NCBI GenBank assembly: GCA_000004695.1
Contig: CM000152.2
Span: forward strand, 5,888,001-5,952,000
DNA: 64,000 bases
From: Dictyostelium discoideum
Taxonomy: Eukaryota
Direction of reading: 5' to 3'
Of the stretch, positions 1 to 14,982 are shown in pieces; positions within the stretch are counted from its first letter, which is position 1; every line of letters begins with the position of its first letter. The position numbers were made by a program, and so were the translations under genes. A model generated the notes under the pieces. That model did not search any database, was not told the DNA's origin, and saw only the letters and a list, made by a program, of their open reading frames with translations.

Positions 1-55
1 GTCCATCTGATTTGATCAAATTTTAAACACGAAAAAAAAAAAAAAAAAAAAGAAA

Positions 56-814
56 ATGATTGTTGAACACGCAATTGATTATATCGATTATTTAATGAAT
101 TATGTAGATTTTACAGAGAAATATTTCTTATTAACAATTGCATGCGTTGTATTCAACCCAACATGGTGGAATATTACAGCAAGAATGGAATATAAAACTA
201 AATTTATGACAAAGATTTGTGGAAGTAAAGAAAATGGTTGTTATTTATTAGCATTCTTAATTTTTTCATTAGGTATATTGCGTGATTGGTTGTAAGTTTT
301 CTTTTTTTAAAAAATAAAAAAATAATAATAAATTAAATAAATTATTAATCAAATCATCAAAATTATTATTATTATTTTTATAATTATTTTTTTTATTATT
401 AAAAAAAGATTTTCAGAAGCATTAATTAGACAACCAATTTTCCAAGAATTTGATAGATTTGAAGTTGAAGTTTTATCATATATTTTATATGGTTTTGGTG
501 GTATTTTAGTATTAGCAGCATATTTGAAATTAGGAATTACTGGTACATATTTAGGTGATTATTTTGGTATTTTAATGAAAGAAAGAGTTACTGGTTTCCC
601 ATTCAATGTTATGAATAATCCAATGTACAATGGATCTGTAATGTTATTTATTGCACATGCTCTCTCTTATAAAAGTGTTGCTGGTTTAGTTTTATCTTTT
701 GTTGTCTATGTAGTTTATAAATTTGCTTTAATCTTTGAAGAATCTTTTACGAATTATATTTATTCAACTGCTGCTGCTAATGCTGCTAAAAAAAATAAAT
801 CAAAATCAAAATAA
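56..814 (+). CDS. Phosphatidylethanolamine N-methyltransferase (PEMT/PLMT family), 2 exons: 56..291 and about 409..814
   Basis: The translation aligns along its length with human PEMT. Examples: FNPTWWNITARMEYKT matches FNPLYWNVVARWEHKT, and [32 protein letters not shown] matches [39 protein letters not shown] donor at 292 and an AG acceptor near 407/415 rejoin the frame, giving an intron of about 117 nt. Confidence 0.85.
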
Positions 815-996
815 ATAAATAAATAATAAATTTTGTTAAGATAATAAAAAAAAAAATAAAAAGTTTAAAAAATTATTTTTATATTTTAAAAGTTTTACAT
901 TTATTATTTTATATATATATCATCTTTTTTGTTTTATTTTATTTTATTTAAATATTTATAATATTTTTTTTTATTTTTTTTTTTTATTTTTTTTTT

Positions 997-2381
<1,385 letters not shown>

Positions 2382-2636
2382 TTATATTAATAAAAAAAAA
2401 TAAAAGATTATTGTTATATTATTTTTGTTGTTGTTGTTTTTATTATTATTTATAAAACTATTTGAATATATGCATATATTTTATTTATAAATTGAAAAAA
2501 AAAAAAAAATTAAAAAATAAAAAAAATAAAAAAAAATAATGAAAATCAAAAAAAAAAAAAAAAAATTTCTAAAAAAATAATGAAAATAAAAAAAAAAAAA
2601 AAAACGCGCCAAAATTTTTATTTTTATATTACTATT

Positions 2637-2793
2637 TTATTTATTTTCCAGATCTGGAAAAAACACTTTTATAGTATTTTTATAAATCTGATCTGATATT
2701 TCTTCCATATTCCCACCATTTAAACCAGAAATAACTTCTAAAACATTTCTATTTAAAATTAAAAAAAAAAAAAAAAAAATATATTTTAGTAGG

Positions 2794-2841
<48 letters not shown>

Positions 2842-3733
2842 TGGTAGTGGGGAGGGGTACCCATACTTACATAATATTACATGGTTCATTTCTATTTTGA
2901 ACACAAGAACCTAATTTAAATTTATCTCTTTTTAAAGTTGGAAAATTGGTTTTAATATATTTAAAACTTGAATGAGTTTTACGAATATCACACCAAGGTG
3001 CATCAGTTTCAATCATTAATCTATTGATTGGAATTTTTGAAACTACATCTAAATTCTCTTGAGTTTTTAAAGAACAACCATTTACACCAATATAAATGCC
3101 ATCATCCAATTCCAATAGTTTATTTAATTCATCCAAAGTACCAGTAAAAGAATGAACTACACCAACAGTGAATCTACTTCTATTTCTTTTAATGATATCA
3201 ATGAAATCTGAACATGCACCACTTTCAGCCGCACCTCGAAGATGTAAAAACAAAGGTAATTCTGTTCTCTCTGATAATTGAAATTGATATTCAAAACATT
3301 TCAATTGAATTTCTTTTGAACAAAATTCCAATCTATCATAATCTAAACCAAATTCACCAATTGCAATTATCTTTTCTTTATTTTCATTATAAATTGTTAA
3401 TAATTCTTCAATATATTCTTTTTTGATTTCATCATTACCATTAGTGGTATTAATTAATTCTTGTGAACACCTTGTTGGATGTACACCAATTGTTGTAAAT
3501 AGTCTATTTTTATTGTTGTTGTTGTTTTCTTCACTATAAGTTTTAATTAATTCTAATGATTCTTTAACTTCACTTAATCTTCCTGAAGTAATAATAATTT
3601 TTTCCATTCCAATTGACCATGCTCTCTCTAAAACTTGTTTTAAATCTGCTTCATGATATTGTTTACCATTATTATTATATTGACCTATGAACATAGGGTC
3701 TGTTAAGTTAACACCAATATCAATAAATTTCAT
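2637..3733 (-). CDS. TatD-family Mg-dependent DNase (TATDN1-like), 2 exons: 3733..2871 and 2748..2637
   Basis: The N-terminus MKFIDIGVNLTDPMF resembles TATDN1 (RFIDIGINLTDPMF). IAIGEFGLDYDR and LFLHLR are TatD motifs. The exon-2 tail NVLEVISGL...NTIKVFFP matches the TATDN1 C-terminus (ILEIMSAVR...NTIKVFFP). The intron is 2749..2870 with a GTAAGT donor. Confidence 0.85.
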
Positions 3734-5150
3734 TTTTTAAAAAATATATAAAAAAAAATAAAAAAAAAAAAAACTCAAAAAAAAAAAAAAATAAAAAAAA
3801 AAAAATTGATTACTTTTTTATTTTTTGTTAATCATTACATTAATCTTCTGTGTTAATTAAAATGACAAATTTTTCATAATCTCAATTTTAAAAAATTCTT
3901 AAAGTGGTTAAATATTCAATGGTAACAATTTTAATAACAAAAATTACCAAAATTAATAAATATTTATTTCAAATAATAAATTTAGATTTTTAAAAAATAA
4001 ACATTATTATAAAAAAAAAAAAAGTTTTTCCTGGTAAATTTGTAAAATAAAAATATTAAAAAAAACAGTTCATATGAAAAAAATATAACTAATGAAGTAA
4101 AAATAAAAAAATTTTTACATTACATAATTGTATAATGGCTAATTATTAAAATAAAAAAAGAAAAAAATCTCAATTTTAAAAAGAGTAGATTTATAAAGAA
4201 TAACTTTAATTGGTATTTTAACCTTTTTTAAAAAAAAAAATTGAAAAAAAAAAAAAAATCAAATCAAATCAAATCAACCTATTTAATTAACTTTAAAAAT
4301 TATAATGCACTAATCTCTAATATTGGAACTGTTCCAAGATTAAAATCTAATTCGAGATCATAAAATTCTTTTAAGGATCAAGGAATAAATTCTGTTTCGT
4401 GAAAATTCGGGAGGTGGCGCAGGTGAGAATTCTATTGGTATTGGTGCATTAGTTTAGTTAGTATAATAATGACTGTGGATGTAATTGGTAAAAAAAAAAA
4501 AAAAAAAAAAAAAATATATTTTAAAACTATTTTTTTTTTTTTTTTTTTGTATAAAAATGAATAAATCTTGATATTTAATATTTGTAAAAAAAAAAAAAAT
4601 AAAAAAAATATCTCAATCGTCCTAAAATTACAAAGAACCCTTTTTTTTTTTTTTTTTTTTTTTACTTAATTAATTATAATTTGTAAAATAAATAAATAAA
4701 TTTCAACTAATTATTAATTTACAAATTAACCAAAATCTAAATTAATGATATTAAAGATATTTTTTTTTTTTAAAAAAAAAAAAAAAGCTTCTATATTTCC
4801 TTTGTTATTAACAACAATTTATTTTTAAATTTTTATTTTTTTATTTTATTATTTATTTAATTTTCATTTTTTTATTTAATTTTTAATTTTTTATTTTTAA
4901 TTTTTTTCATTTGTGTGTGATTTACAAATTTGATTTATTGTCTTTGATTTTTAAGAAATTTTTAATTTTTTTATTTTTTAATTTAAAATTAAAAAATAAC
5001 CGACTTCATTGCAAACCAAAATCATACACCACTAACACTTAAGTATGCAATTATGTTTTTTTAAAAATAACCTCACTCAATTGTAATTGGTGGTGATGGA
5101 TAAAAAACAAAGAATCACCCTTGGGTATTTTTATTATATTTTTAAAAAAT

Positions 5151-5157
5151 CCCACAA
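5151..5157 (+). promoter_or_regulatory. Match to the dictyostelid upstream sequence element (DUSE, CCCAYAA) found upstream of ncRNA genes
   Basis: The exact heptamer cccacaa sits in an otherwise gene-free AT-rich intergenic region. In Dictyostelium this motif lies about 60 nt upstream of ncRNA transcription starts. Confidence 0.25.
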
Positions 5158-5214
5158 TGACTGAAAAAAAAAAAAAAAAAAATAAATTAAAAAAAAAAAA
5201 ATGAAAAAAAAAAA

Positions 5215-5346
5215 TAATCCATGAGATTTAAATCTCTTTTTATTTCAACCAAATTATTATCATTAATGGGTTAATAATAGAATCTCACACTCTCAAAATT
5301 CAACGAAACAATAATATGTGGTTATTTCTGCTTGTGATCACACCAA
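5215..5346 (+). ncRNA. Candidate small ncRNA downstream of the DUSE-like motif (type unassigned)
   Basis: Local hairpins are present (gagattt/aaatctc and gtgatcac), and the segment ends in a T6 run at about 5341-5346. I found no match to snRNA or box C/D consensus sequences. The support is position relative to the DUSE only. Confidence 0.15.
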
Positions 5347-5578
5347 CTACTCCCAAATTCTCAATTTTTTAATAAATTTAATTTTTTTTTTTTTTTTTAT
5401 TTATTTATTTATTTATTTTTTTATTTTTTTATTTTTTTTTCTTTCCTATAAATAAGAGGTTTTTTATTTTATTCTTCTTTCAAACCATTGTTCTTCAATA
5501 ATTAAAATAAAAAAAAAAAATTTTAAAACCATTGTAATTTAAAAAATAATAAAAAAATTTTAATAAAAAAAAAAAAAA

Positions 5579-5833
5579 ATGAATACCAACATAATTGAAG
5601 ATAGAACCAAAATGGAATTTTCTTATATTTGTAATAATAATAAAAGTCCTCTTGTCCTTTTTCCTGGTATTTTTTCAAGTTTTGGAATTAATGAGAATAA
5701 AGAATTTTATTATAATTATTTAGACTATAAATTAAATAATAATACAAAAAATGATAAAAATTATACACAAATTAATAAAATAAATAATAAAAATAAAAAT
5801 AAATTAAATATATTAAAAATTAATAATAATAAC

Positions 5834-5912
<79 letters not shown>

Positions 5913-6082
5913 TTATAATAAAAAATAAAAAAGAAATTTTAATAAATAATACAAATTTAGTTAATTTATGCAATAATTATTCAAATTGTTGTGATGAAAA
6001 TAAAAATATAAATAATATAAATAATGAACAAGTTTGCTTTTCAATTGATCAAGAAACTGATATTCAAATGATAATAGATTAA
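5579..6082 (+). CDS. Hypothetical Asn-rich protein (167-aa ORF)
   Basis: An ATG-initiated ORF with a complex N-terminal 60 aa followed by a long (AAT)n poly-Asn tract. I recognise no homologue. Confidence 0.35.
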
Positions 6083-6114
<32 letters not shown>

Positions 6115-6332
6115 CTATTTAAATAAAAATAAAAATAAAAAAATACCTTATTTATGGTATAAACCTTTGTACATTTTGTAAAATTAAAATTAAAATTAAT
6201 TTATTATTATTGCTATAATAAATAATTTTTTATTTTTTATTTATTTTTTTATTTGTTTATTTTTTTTAAATAAAAAAATTATTATTTTGTTGTATTTTAA
6301 AATCACTTATTATTATTGCTATAATGAGAATT

Positions 6333-6364
<32 letters not shown>

Positions 6365-6375
6365 TGGAAAACAGT

Positions 6376-8223
<1,848 letters not shown>

Positions 8224-8337
8224 ATTTTATTTTTATTATTAAATAATTTTTATTTCTTTTCTTTTTTTTTTTTTTTTCAATTGGATCTAATAATGCTATT
8301 TTTTTTTTTTTGAAAATCCAATCTTTGTTTTTTAATT

Positions 8338-8373
<36 letters not shown>

Positions 8374-8561
8374 GAAAAAAAAAATTTTTAAAACCAATCC
8401 TTTATTGTATTCTTATTGTGATTATCGATTTTTTTTAATGGCAATTTGATGGGAGTCTGTGGGTTTATTTTTTTTTTTTCTTTTTTTATAAAGAATATGA
8501 TTTTGAAAAAAAAAAAAAAAAAAACACTGCCCACTATATATTATGAACGAATCAATCACTT

Positions 8562-8614
<53 letters not shown>

Positions 8615-8719
8615 TCTTTTTTTTTTTTTTTTATATTTTTTTTTTTTTTTTGAAATTAAAAAAACCGTGTGATGGTCAAACATTGAGCGCAATGAAAAAA
8701 AAAAACCATAAAAAATAAA

Positions 8720-9130
8720 TCAGATGGATGTGTTTTTTATTATTTTTTTTTATTTTTTTTTCTTTATTTTTTTTATTTTTTTTTTTCTTTTCTTTTTTTT
8801 TCCTTTTCTTTTTTTTTTCTTCTATTTTTTTTTCCTTTTTTTTCTTTTTTTTTTTTTTTTTTTTTTTTTTTTATTTAATCAATTCCTAAATCATTATTAC
8901 TTTTTATTTTTTTTTTTTTTTTTAGTTTTAGGTTAAAATTGTTTTTTTTATTTTTTTTTTTTTTATTTTTTTTAGGTTGTGAAGGGTGGTTAGATTTTTT
9001 TTATTTTTTTTTTTTATATTTTATTTTTTTATTATTTGCTGATTGTATAGTTTTGTTCATTTTGGAGAGGCCGAGGGTTTTTTTAAAACAATTTGATTGG
9101 TTTAAAATTTTTGTGAAATTTTTTTTTTTT
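8720..9130. repeat. Polypyrimidine (T-rich, sparse C) tract of about 400 bp on the + strand; homopurine/homopyrimidine asymmetry
   Basis: From 8724 to about 8880 the + strand is almost only T and C. The ORFs predicted here (8446..9133, all poly-F) are low-complexity artefacts. Confidence 0.6.
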
Positions 9131-9278
9131 TAATTTTTTTTTTTAAACGAATTTTTAAATTCTTTTTTTATTTTTTTTTAAATAATTAGGAAAAATTGTT
9201 TTGTTTATAAGAAAAATCTTAGATTAAATTTTGGTATGTTTAACCTGAGTGGATAATAATTTGTTTAATATGTTTGTG

Positions 9279-9314
<36 letters not shown>

Positions 9315-9352
9315 TTTTAAGATATTATTTTTTTTATTTGAAAAATTAATTA

Positions 9353-10018
9353 TTAATTTATTATACAATTATTAATAGAATCACCACCACTATCAACATT
9401 TTTAATTTTTTTTATTTCAGAAATTTTAGGTGGAGGATAAGTATCCATAATTAATTGAGATAATTTTTGAAATATTAAATCAACATTTATATTTTCTTTT
9501 ACAGAAACATTATGAATGGATGGTATTGATAAAGAGTCACAAAATTCTTGAGGCTTTTTTAAATCAACAATAGTAGTAATCTTTGAATCATCTATAAGAT
9601 CACATTTATTTCCTACAATAAATAGTATTGGTTCAGGTGATGGATAAAGATTTGAAGTTTGATATGAATTTTTAATTTTTGAAATCCAATTTGATAGGTT
9701 ATTAAATGATTCTAAATTTGTAACATCATACATTATTATAAAACCATGTTGATGTTTTAAATAGTTTTCATAAAATAATTCTTTAAATTTGCACCCACCA
9801 TTTCCATCAAATATCATTAATTTCACTTTGACAATTTCGTTTGTTGATTGATTTTTCAATTCAATAATTTTATTTTTAATTTCAATTCCATGCCAAAGTT
9901 GTATTCCATTTTCTACAAACATACCATCACAATATCTACTCAATAAAAAAGATTTTCCACATTGATTATCTCCTACCAAAACAATATTTAATCGGTAATC
10001 ATGATCCATTTTAGCCAT
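9353..10018 (-). CDS. Ras-superfamily small GTPase (Rab-like), atypical
   Basis: G1 is GDNQCGKS, G4 is NKCD, G5 is SVK, and the C-terminus is CIIN (CaaX-like). G3 is degenerate: FDGNG in place of DTAGQ. Confidence 0.75.
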   Translation of the reverse strand: MAKMDHDYRLNIVLVGDNQCGKSFLLSRYCDGMFVENGIQLWHGIEIKNKIIELKNQSTNEIVKVKLMIFDGNGGCKFKELFYENYLKHQHGFIIMYDVTNLESFNNLSNWISKIKNSYQTSNLYPSPEPILFIVGNKCDLIDDSKITTIVDLKKPQEFCDSLSIPSIHNVSVKENINVDLIFQKLSQLIMDTYPPPKISEIKKIKNVDSGGDSINNCIIN

Positions 10019-10061
10019 ATATTTTATTTTTTAAAAAAAAAAATAAAAAAAAAAAATTAAA

Positions 10062-10094
<33 letters not shown>

Positions 10095-10383
10095 GAAATA
10101 AATTAAAAGAAAATTTTAAAAGAAAAAAATTAGAAAATCTTGGTATAACTATTTTTATTAATTTAAATTAAATTTTTTTTAAAAAAAAAAATATCAACTT
10201 GCCATTTTTTTTTTTTCTTTAAAAAGGATGATTTTTTATTTTTTTATCCAATTCACATTTTCATTTTTTTTTTTTTAAAAGCCCAAAAAAATAAAATGGC
10301 TTTTTTTTTTCTTAAAAACCCAAAACAGTTCAATATGAAATATTAAAAAAATACCAGTATTACCCATTTGGTTTTCGATGACT

Positions 10384-10456
10384 TTTTTTTTTTTATTAAC
10401 ATCACTCAGTTTTCGATGACACCTTAGCAAAGTGTATTAACCATTTGTTTTTCGAT
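10384..10456 (+). repeat. Tandem partial copies of the tRNA-Ser 5' end plus its upstream flank (39-bp unit tttcgatgacaccttagcaaagtgtatta..), some abutting T-runs
   Basis: ttttcgatgac+T11, then ttttcgatgacaccttagcaaagtgtattaaccatttgtt, then the intact gene. Each unit contains the first 17 nt of the tRNA. Confidence 0.7.
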
Positions 10457-10537
10457 GACACCTTAGCAAAGTGGTTAATGCGGCGCCCTGCTAAGGCGTT
10501 CTCTTCGGAGGCGCAGGTTCGAACCCTGCAGGTGTCG
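10457..10537 (+). tRNA. tRNA-Ser (anticodon GCU), copy A
   Basis: Acceptor stem GACACCT/AGGTGTC with G discriminator. Anticodon loop CTGCTAA. Long variable arm (CTC/GAG stem), typical of type II tRNAs. T-arm GCAGG-TTCGAAC-CCTGC. Length 81 nt, CCA not encoded. Confidence 0.9.
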
Positions 10538-10566
10538 ATATTAAAGTAAAAATATCTTAGATCAGT

Positions 10567-10577
10567 TGTTCGATTCC
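10567..10577 (+). promoter_or_regulatory. External B box (exB) downstream of tRNA-Ser A
   Basis: tgttcgattcc lies about 30 bp 3' of the tRNA. It resembles the internal B box GGTTCGAACC. This is an established feature of Dictyostelium tRNA genes. Confidence 0.6.
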
Positions 10578-10584
10578 GGATAAA

Positions 10585-11254
10585 TTGAATTACATACAAC
10601 CAATATTAACAAAAAACCAACCCTCTCAAACATTAAACACAAATAATATTTCACTACCACCAACACTCAAAGAAATCTACTCGACAATACTAAACAATCA
10701 CCAATGCAAATCAAAAGACTATATTGGCAAGAAATATTCAGATCTACTTCTTACTTCGCACCAACAATCAATACAACTATTATGGAAATACACATACGAC
10801 CAACTTTTTGTCAAAATTCAAAAACTAAAAGATCCAAAAGGCCGAGATACAATGCAAAGATTCCATGCTAGATGTCTTCCGATTAATCATCTACACAACA
10901 AAGTTTGCCCCATTTGCAACAATGAAATGAATAATGATCCCTATGGTCATTTGTTTTTCAATTGTCAGCACACAATCAACTTCATAAACCACGACAAATT
11001 AAAATATTTTATATATAAAAATTGCAATGGAAACAAAAACTGGTCACTAACAAAAAAGAATGGAGCATAAACACTAATGAACCAATTCCAACAATTACAC
11101 CACCAATTAATTATTAATTACCTAATCTAAAATAACATACTATTTTAAATTCACAAAAACTAAAAAACCTAAAATAAATAAATAAAAATAACATACTAAT
11201 TGTATACTACAATAGTTTATTTATATCAAAAAAAAAAAAAAAAAAAAAAAAAAA
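10585..11254 (+). mobile_element. 5'-truncated non-LTR retrotransposon fragment (TRE3-like, downstream of tRNA): ORF2 C-terminus, 3' UTR and poly(A)
   Basis: The ORF carries a Cys/His-rich C-terminal motif (CPICNNEMNNDPYGHLFFNCQHT) of the same type as the ORF2 C-termini of the other TRE copies in this window. An A27 tail at 11228-11254 follows it. The fragment sits immediately 3' of a tRNA gene. Confidence 0.7.
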
Positions 11255-11631
11255 CTATAAAATTTCTCATCAAAAGACACACTCTCCTTCCACCAATTCA
11301 TCTAAATCAATTACAATTTTATTTGGTTTATTTTATTTTAAATACACATATTTAAAACTGAATATCTAAAAAAAAAAAATAATAATAACAACTACACTTT
11401 TTTTTAACTAGACTTAATTTTAAAATTAAAATCCTTTATTTGATAATTCAAATTAAAATAAAGATTACATAGCATTTTAAAACTATTAATTATTGTTTAT
11501 TTCCTTTAATTTTGGATAGACACTGATTAATTAAAAAAAAAAAAACAAAAAAACACTAACCAAAGACACAATGAGATTCCTTAAAGTTTTATAATATTTT
11601 TATTTTATTTATAAAGTTTACAAAAGAATTT

Positions 11632-13257
11632 TTATTTTTTTTTTAAAATTAATTTAATTTCATCTTTTGATAATTGATAAACTGGTTTAAAAGAAAAAGA
11701 TAAATCATCAGGTAATGAGCAAAAATCAGGGAATAATGGACCAGAGGAAATACCACGACGAGACATATCACAAGAGAATTGGCCAATACGAGGGAGAGCA
11801 AGAGTGATATTATTAATTTCAGTAGCAGACCATAATCTTTCAGAGATACCAATAGCTCTTGGCCAAACTCTGGCATCCCAATTGACGGTACTAACTTGTT
11901 CACCAAACATAGTAGCTTCACCACCTAAAATATTTTCAGCATTTGAAGTAATATTTAATCTTGGATCTGATGCATAGAAATCTTCCCAAGTATCTTGCCA
12001 TTCATAATGATAATGATTTCCAGTTGGTGATTGTCTATCTAAATAGAAAAAGAACGATGTTATAGTTTTATAACCAGCGGCTAGTACATCTCTTAGATCA
12101 TTAATATTTGTCCAAGTTTGAACCAAAGTAGTTTCTTTATCAAATTTAACACCATGTTGAAGTACATCATTCCAGGCGATTTTAGTACGATTAATTGATT
12201 TCAAAATTACATCTAATTGATCTTCAAAATATTGAAAAGCATCAGAAGTATTATAGTTATTAGTTTTCATCCATTTTTGAATTGAAGTATCATTGGCCCA
12301 ACAATCAATTACCAATTCATCACCACCAGTATGGAAATAACTATCTTGGAATAGAGGTGCAATCTCTGAGAAAAAGTTTTCAAGAAAACTATAAGTGTAT
12401 GGATTTGAACAATCTAATGGAATTGAACTTTGTGGATAGCCTGGACAATTGGATAACAGCTCTGGATAGCCTACACCCCATGATGCAGAATGGCCTGGAA
12501 CATCAAATTCAGGAATCACACGAATTCCATAGGTTTTAGCATAGGCAACCACCTCTAAAATATCATCATGTGTAATAATTGCACCAGGTCCAAGTAATGC
12601 TTCAGTTAACTTTGGATAGGTTTTCGATTCCACTGGGAATGCAACAGTATCTATTAAATGCCAATGCATAGTATTGAATTTATTATAACCCATCGAGTCA
12701 ATAATATGAAGTACCATATTCTTTGGAAGGAAATGACGGGCATTATCAACCAACAATCCTCTCCATTGATAGGTTGGATAGTCTACAACTTCAGCACATG
12801 TCAATGAGTAACTATTTTCTACAACATCATAAACTACCATTTGTTTGAATGTTTCTAAACCTCTCATTGCACCATAGATTGTATTGGCTTTTATTTGATA
12901 AGTGTCTTGATTCACTAATAAAAAGTAACTTTCATCAATACCCAATTCAAGTGTTTCATCATCACTTGCAATAATTAATGATAACTCGATATTTGAAGAG
13001 CTATCTTTTAAAACATTATTTGAAACAAATGGGAAAAATAAACTCTGATATCTTGAAATTGAAATACTTAATATTGTTGATTCAATATTACTTTTAATTG
13101 ATATTGATCCTACTGATAATGGAATATTACAACCAATCATTGTAACTTCTTGTGGATATGGTACTACATTTAATGGTTGTTCATTTGATGATTGTGATAA
13201 AACTTTAATTATTACAATTGAAAATATTAAAAAAATTGTTAAAAATTTATTTATCAT
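11632..13257 (-). CDS. Beta-N-acetylhexosaminidase, glycoside hydrolase family 20, with signal peptide
   Basis: Contains RVIPEFDVPGHSASWG and the catalytic FHTGGDE (H-x-G-G-D-E) motif. The N-terminus is hydrophobic. The 541-aa ORF is intron-less. Confidence 0.9.
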   Translation of the reverse strand: MINKFLTIFLIFSIVIIKVLSQSSNEQPLNVVPYPQEVTMIGCNIPLSVGSISIKSNIESTILSISISRYQSLFFPFVSNNVLKDSSSNIELSLIIASDDETLELGIDESYFLLVNQDTYQIKANTIYGAMRGLETFKQMVVYDVVENSYSLTCAEVVDYPTYQWRGLLVDNARHFLPKNMVLHIIDSMGYNKFNTMHWHLIDTVAFPVESKTYPKLTEALLGPGAIITHDDILEVVAYAKTYGIRVIPEFDVPGHSASWGVGYPELLSNCPGYPQSSIPLDCSNPYTYSFLENFFSEIAPLFQDSYFHTGGDELVIDCWANDTSIQKWMKTNNYNTSDAFQYFEDQLDVILKSINRTKIAWNDVLQHGVKFDKETTLVQTWTNINDLRDVLAAGYKTITSFFFYLDRQSPTGNHYHYEWQDTWEDFYASDPRLNITSNAENILGGEATMFGEQVSTVNWDARVWPRAIGISERLWSATEINNITLALPRIGQFSCDMSRRGISSGPLFPDFCSLPDDLSFSFKPVYQLSKDEIKLILKKK

Positions 13258-13784
13258 TTTTACTTTTCTTTTATTTAAAGTAAAATTGAATTGTTTTTTT
13301 AAAAATAAAAAAAAAAAAAAAATAAAAATAAAAAAAATAAAAATTAAAAAAATTAATTAAAAAAAAAAAAAATGATTTGGTTAAATTGAATTTTCAATCA
13401 AAAATTCTTTGAAAAAAAAAAAAAAAAAAAAATTAAAATGGAAATTTCTTTATTTTAATAATTTTTTAGATTTATTCTTTCTTAAGATAGAAAAAAAAAA
13501 AATCTAACAAAACTTTAAATGTTATATTTTATTTTTTATGGAAACAGAAATGTTGTGTTGTGAAAATTTTTATATCATAATTAGAAATTTGGATATTACT
13601 GAAATAAATAAATGATTTTTTTGGGATTAATTGTATAAAATTTTTTTTTTTTTTTTTGATTTTTTTAGGTAGTGTTTTTTTTTTTTTCTTCTATTTTTAT
13701 ATCTTCTCATGATTGGATTTATTCCTTCTTATAAATGGTTCAGTAAATCCGGAAGGAAATAATCTTGATTGGGCAAAAATCAGG

Positions 13785-13940
13785 TGCTTTAAAATTTTCA
13801 TAAAAGACACCTTTGCAAAGTGTATCACCCAAAAATTTTTCAATGACACCTTAACAAAGTGTATCACACAAATAATTTGTGTGTACAACTTATTAAAGTA
13901 TATTTCGATTACACCTTTACAAACTGTAATACCCAAAAAA
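13785..13940 (+). repeat. Degenerate cluster of tRNA-Ser 5'-end-like fragments (gacaccttWRcaaagtgtatcac..), with no intact tRNA
   Basis: Three divergent copies of the 39-bp tRNA-5'/flank unit lie immediately next to the 3' terminal module of the minus-strand TRE at 13941+. Confidence 0.6.
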
Positions 13941-14060
13941 TTTTCTGCGACAACATTTTTTTTGAATAGAATAACGCAATTTTTAGTTACTTCTTCTTGA
14001 GATATGACTCATTTTATTAATTTTATTATTAGATATTACAGGTGCCTTTTAAGGTTGTAT

Positions 14061-14102
<42 letters not shown>

Positions 14103-14862
14103 TTGGGGGGTGTAGAGTGTGTTTAGTGACGTAATATATTTGTTGAGGGTTGATGGTAGTGCTACTGTGTGTAGTGGTGAGTTCCAGTGTTTGCTAAATC
14201 TTTCGAGTTGTAGGGAGATGATGTTTTTAAATTATTTTATTTGTTCTTTGTTGGTTGCTTTTTTTTCTTGTCTGATTAGTTTCTATATGTTGTTTTTTGT
14301 TCTTTCCCAGGCTGCTGTTTGAGTTTTCTTTAGTTGTTTTCTTAAGTTTTTGAGTGTTGTGGATTTTCTTGTTTCTTCTTCTCCAGATGTTTTCGCAAAT
14401 AATGGCTATGGCGTTGGCTGTTAATGGAATGTCTAGTCTGTTGAAGATTTCTATTCCCCAATTGATTCTGGATCCTCCAGATTTTTCTTGAATGTAGTTG
14501 ATGCACTCTTGAGTTTCTTTAATGTGTGATTTGCATTTGAAGAAGATGTGTTCTGAGGTTTCCTGTTCGTTACACCAGATGCAAGGGGCGTTGTGGATCT
14601 TTGGAAGAGCTTTAAGAGCTAATCTCCAGAGGAGGTCTCTTCCTTTCAAGTTGACTATTTTCCTGATTTCTAGAAAAGGGAGAGTTGTTTTTTTAATTTC
14701 TTTCATGATTTGGGTCTGACCCGGAGTTGGGTTGAAAGAATCGTAATTTGGATATTGGTTTTCATGAGATCATTGTATATTGTTTTGAGGTTGGGGAGAA
14801 CTTCGTAATGGGGTTTGAACCATGATTCTGCGAGAACATAGGGAAGTGTATAACCTCAATAT
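13941..14862 (-). mobile_element. 5'-truncated TRE5-like non-LTR retrotransposon (ORF2 C-terminal Cys/His domain, 3' module with internal A-run)
   Basis: The ORF 14227..14706 (KGRDLLWRLALKALPKIHNAPCIWCNEQETSEHIFFKCKSH...) is paralogous to the copies at 17421..18809 and 49429... Poly(T) on the + strand at 14061-14098 is poly(A) on the element strand. The terminal module gaatagaataacgcaatttttagttacttcttcttgagata recurs at 16460-16510. Confidence 0.7.
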
Positions 14863-14870
14863 TTTTCCAT

Positions 14871-14951
14871 GACACCTTAGCAAAGTGGTTAATGCGGCGC
14901 CCTGCTAAGGCGTTCTCTTCGGAGGCGCAGGTTCGAACCCTGCAGGTGTCG
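14871..14951 (+). tRNA. tRNA-Ser (anticodon GCU), copy B
   Basis: Identical over its 81 nt to copy A. Confidence 0.9.
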
Positions 14952-14982
14952 AAATTTTTTATTCAATCAAACCTGAATAACA

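Noticed and set aside
4380-4450. GC-richer island (ttcgggaggtggcgcaggtgagaattc) as a possible tRNA or snRNA
   Set aside because: I found no cloverleaf, no A/B boxes, and no DUSE at the expected distance.
8422-9133. Five overlapping ORFs encoding poly-Phe/Lys peptides
   Set aside because: They are translations of homopolymeric T/A runs, with no codon complexity.
10402-10599. 65-aa minus-strand ORF
   Set aside because: It overlaps the tRNA-Ser gene and exB box. It is the reverse-complement reading of tRNA sequence.
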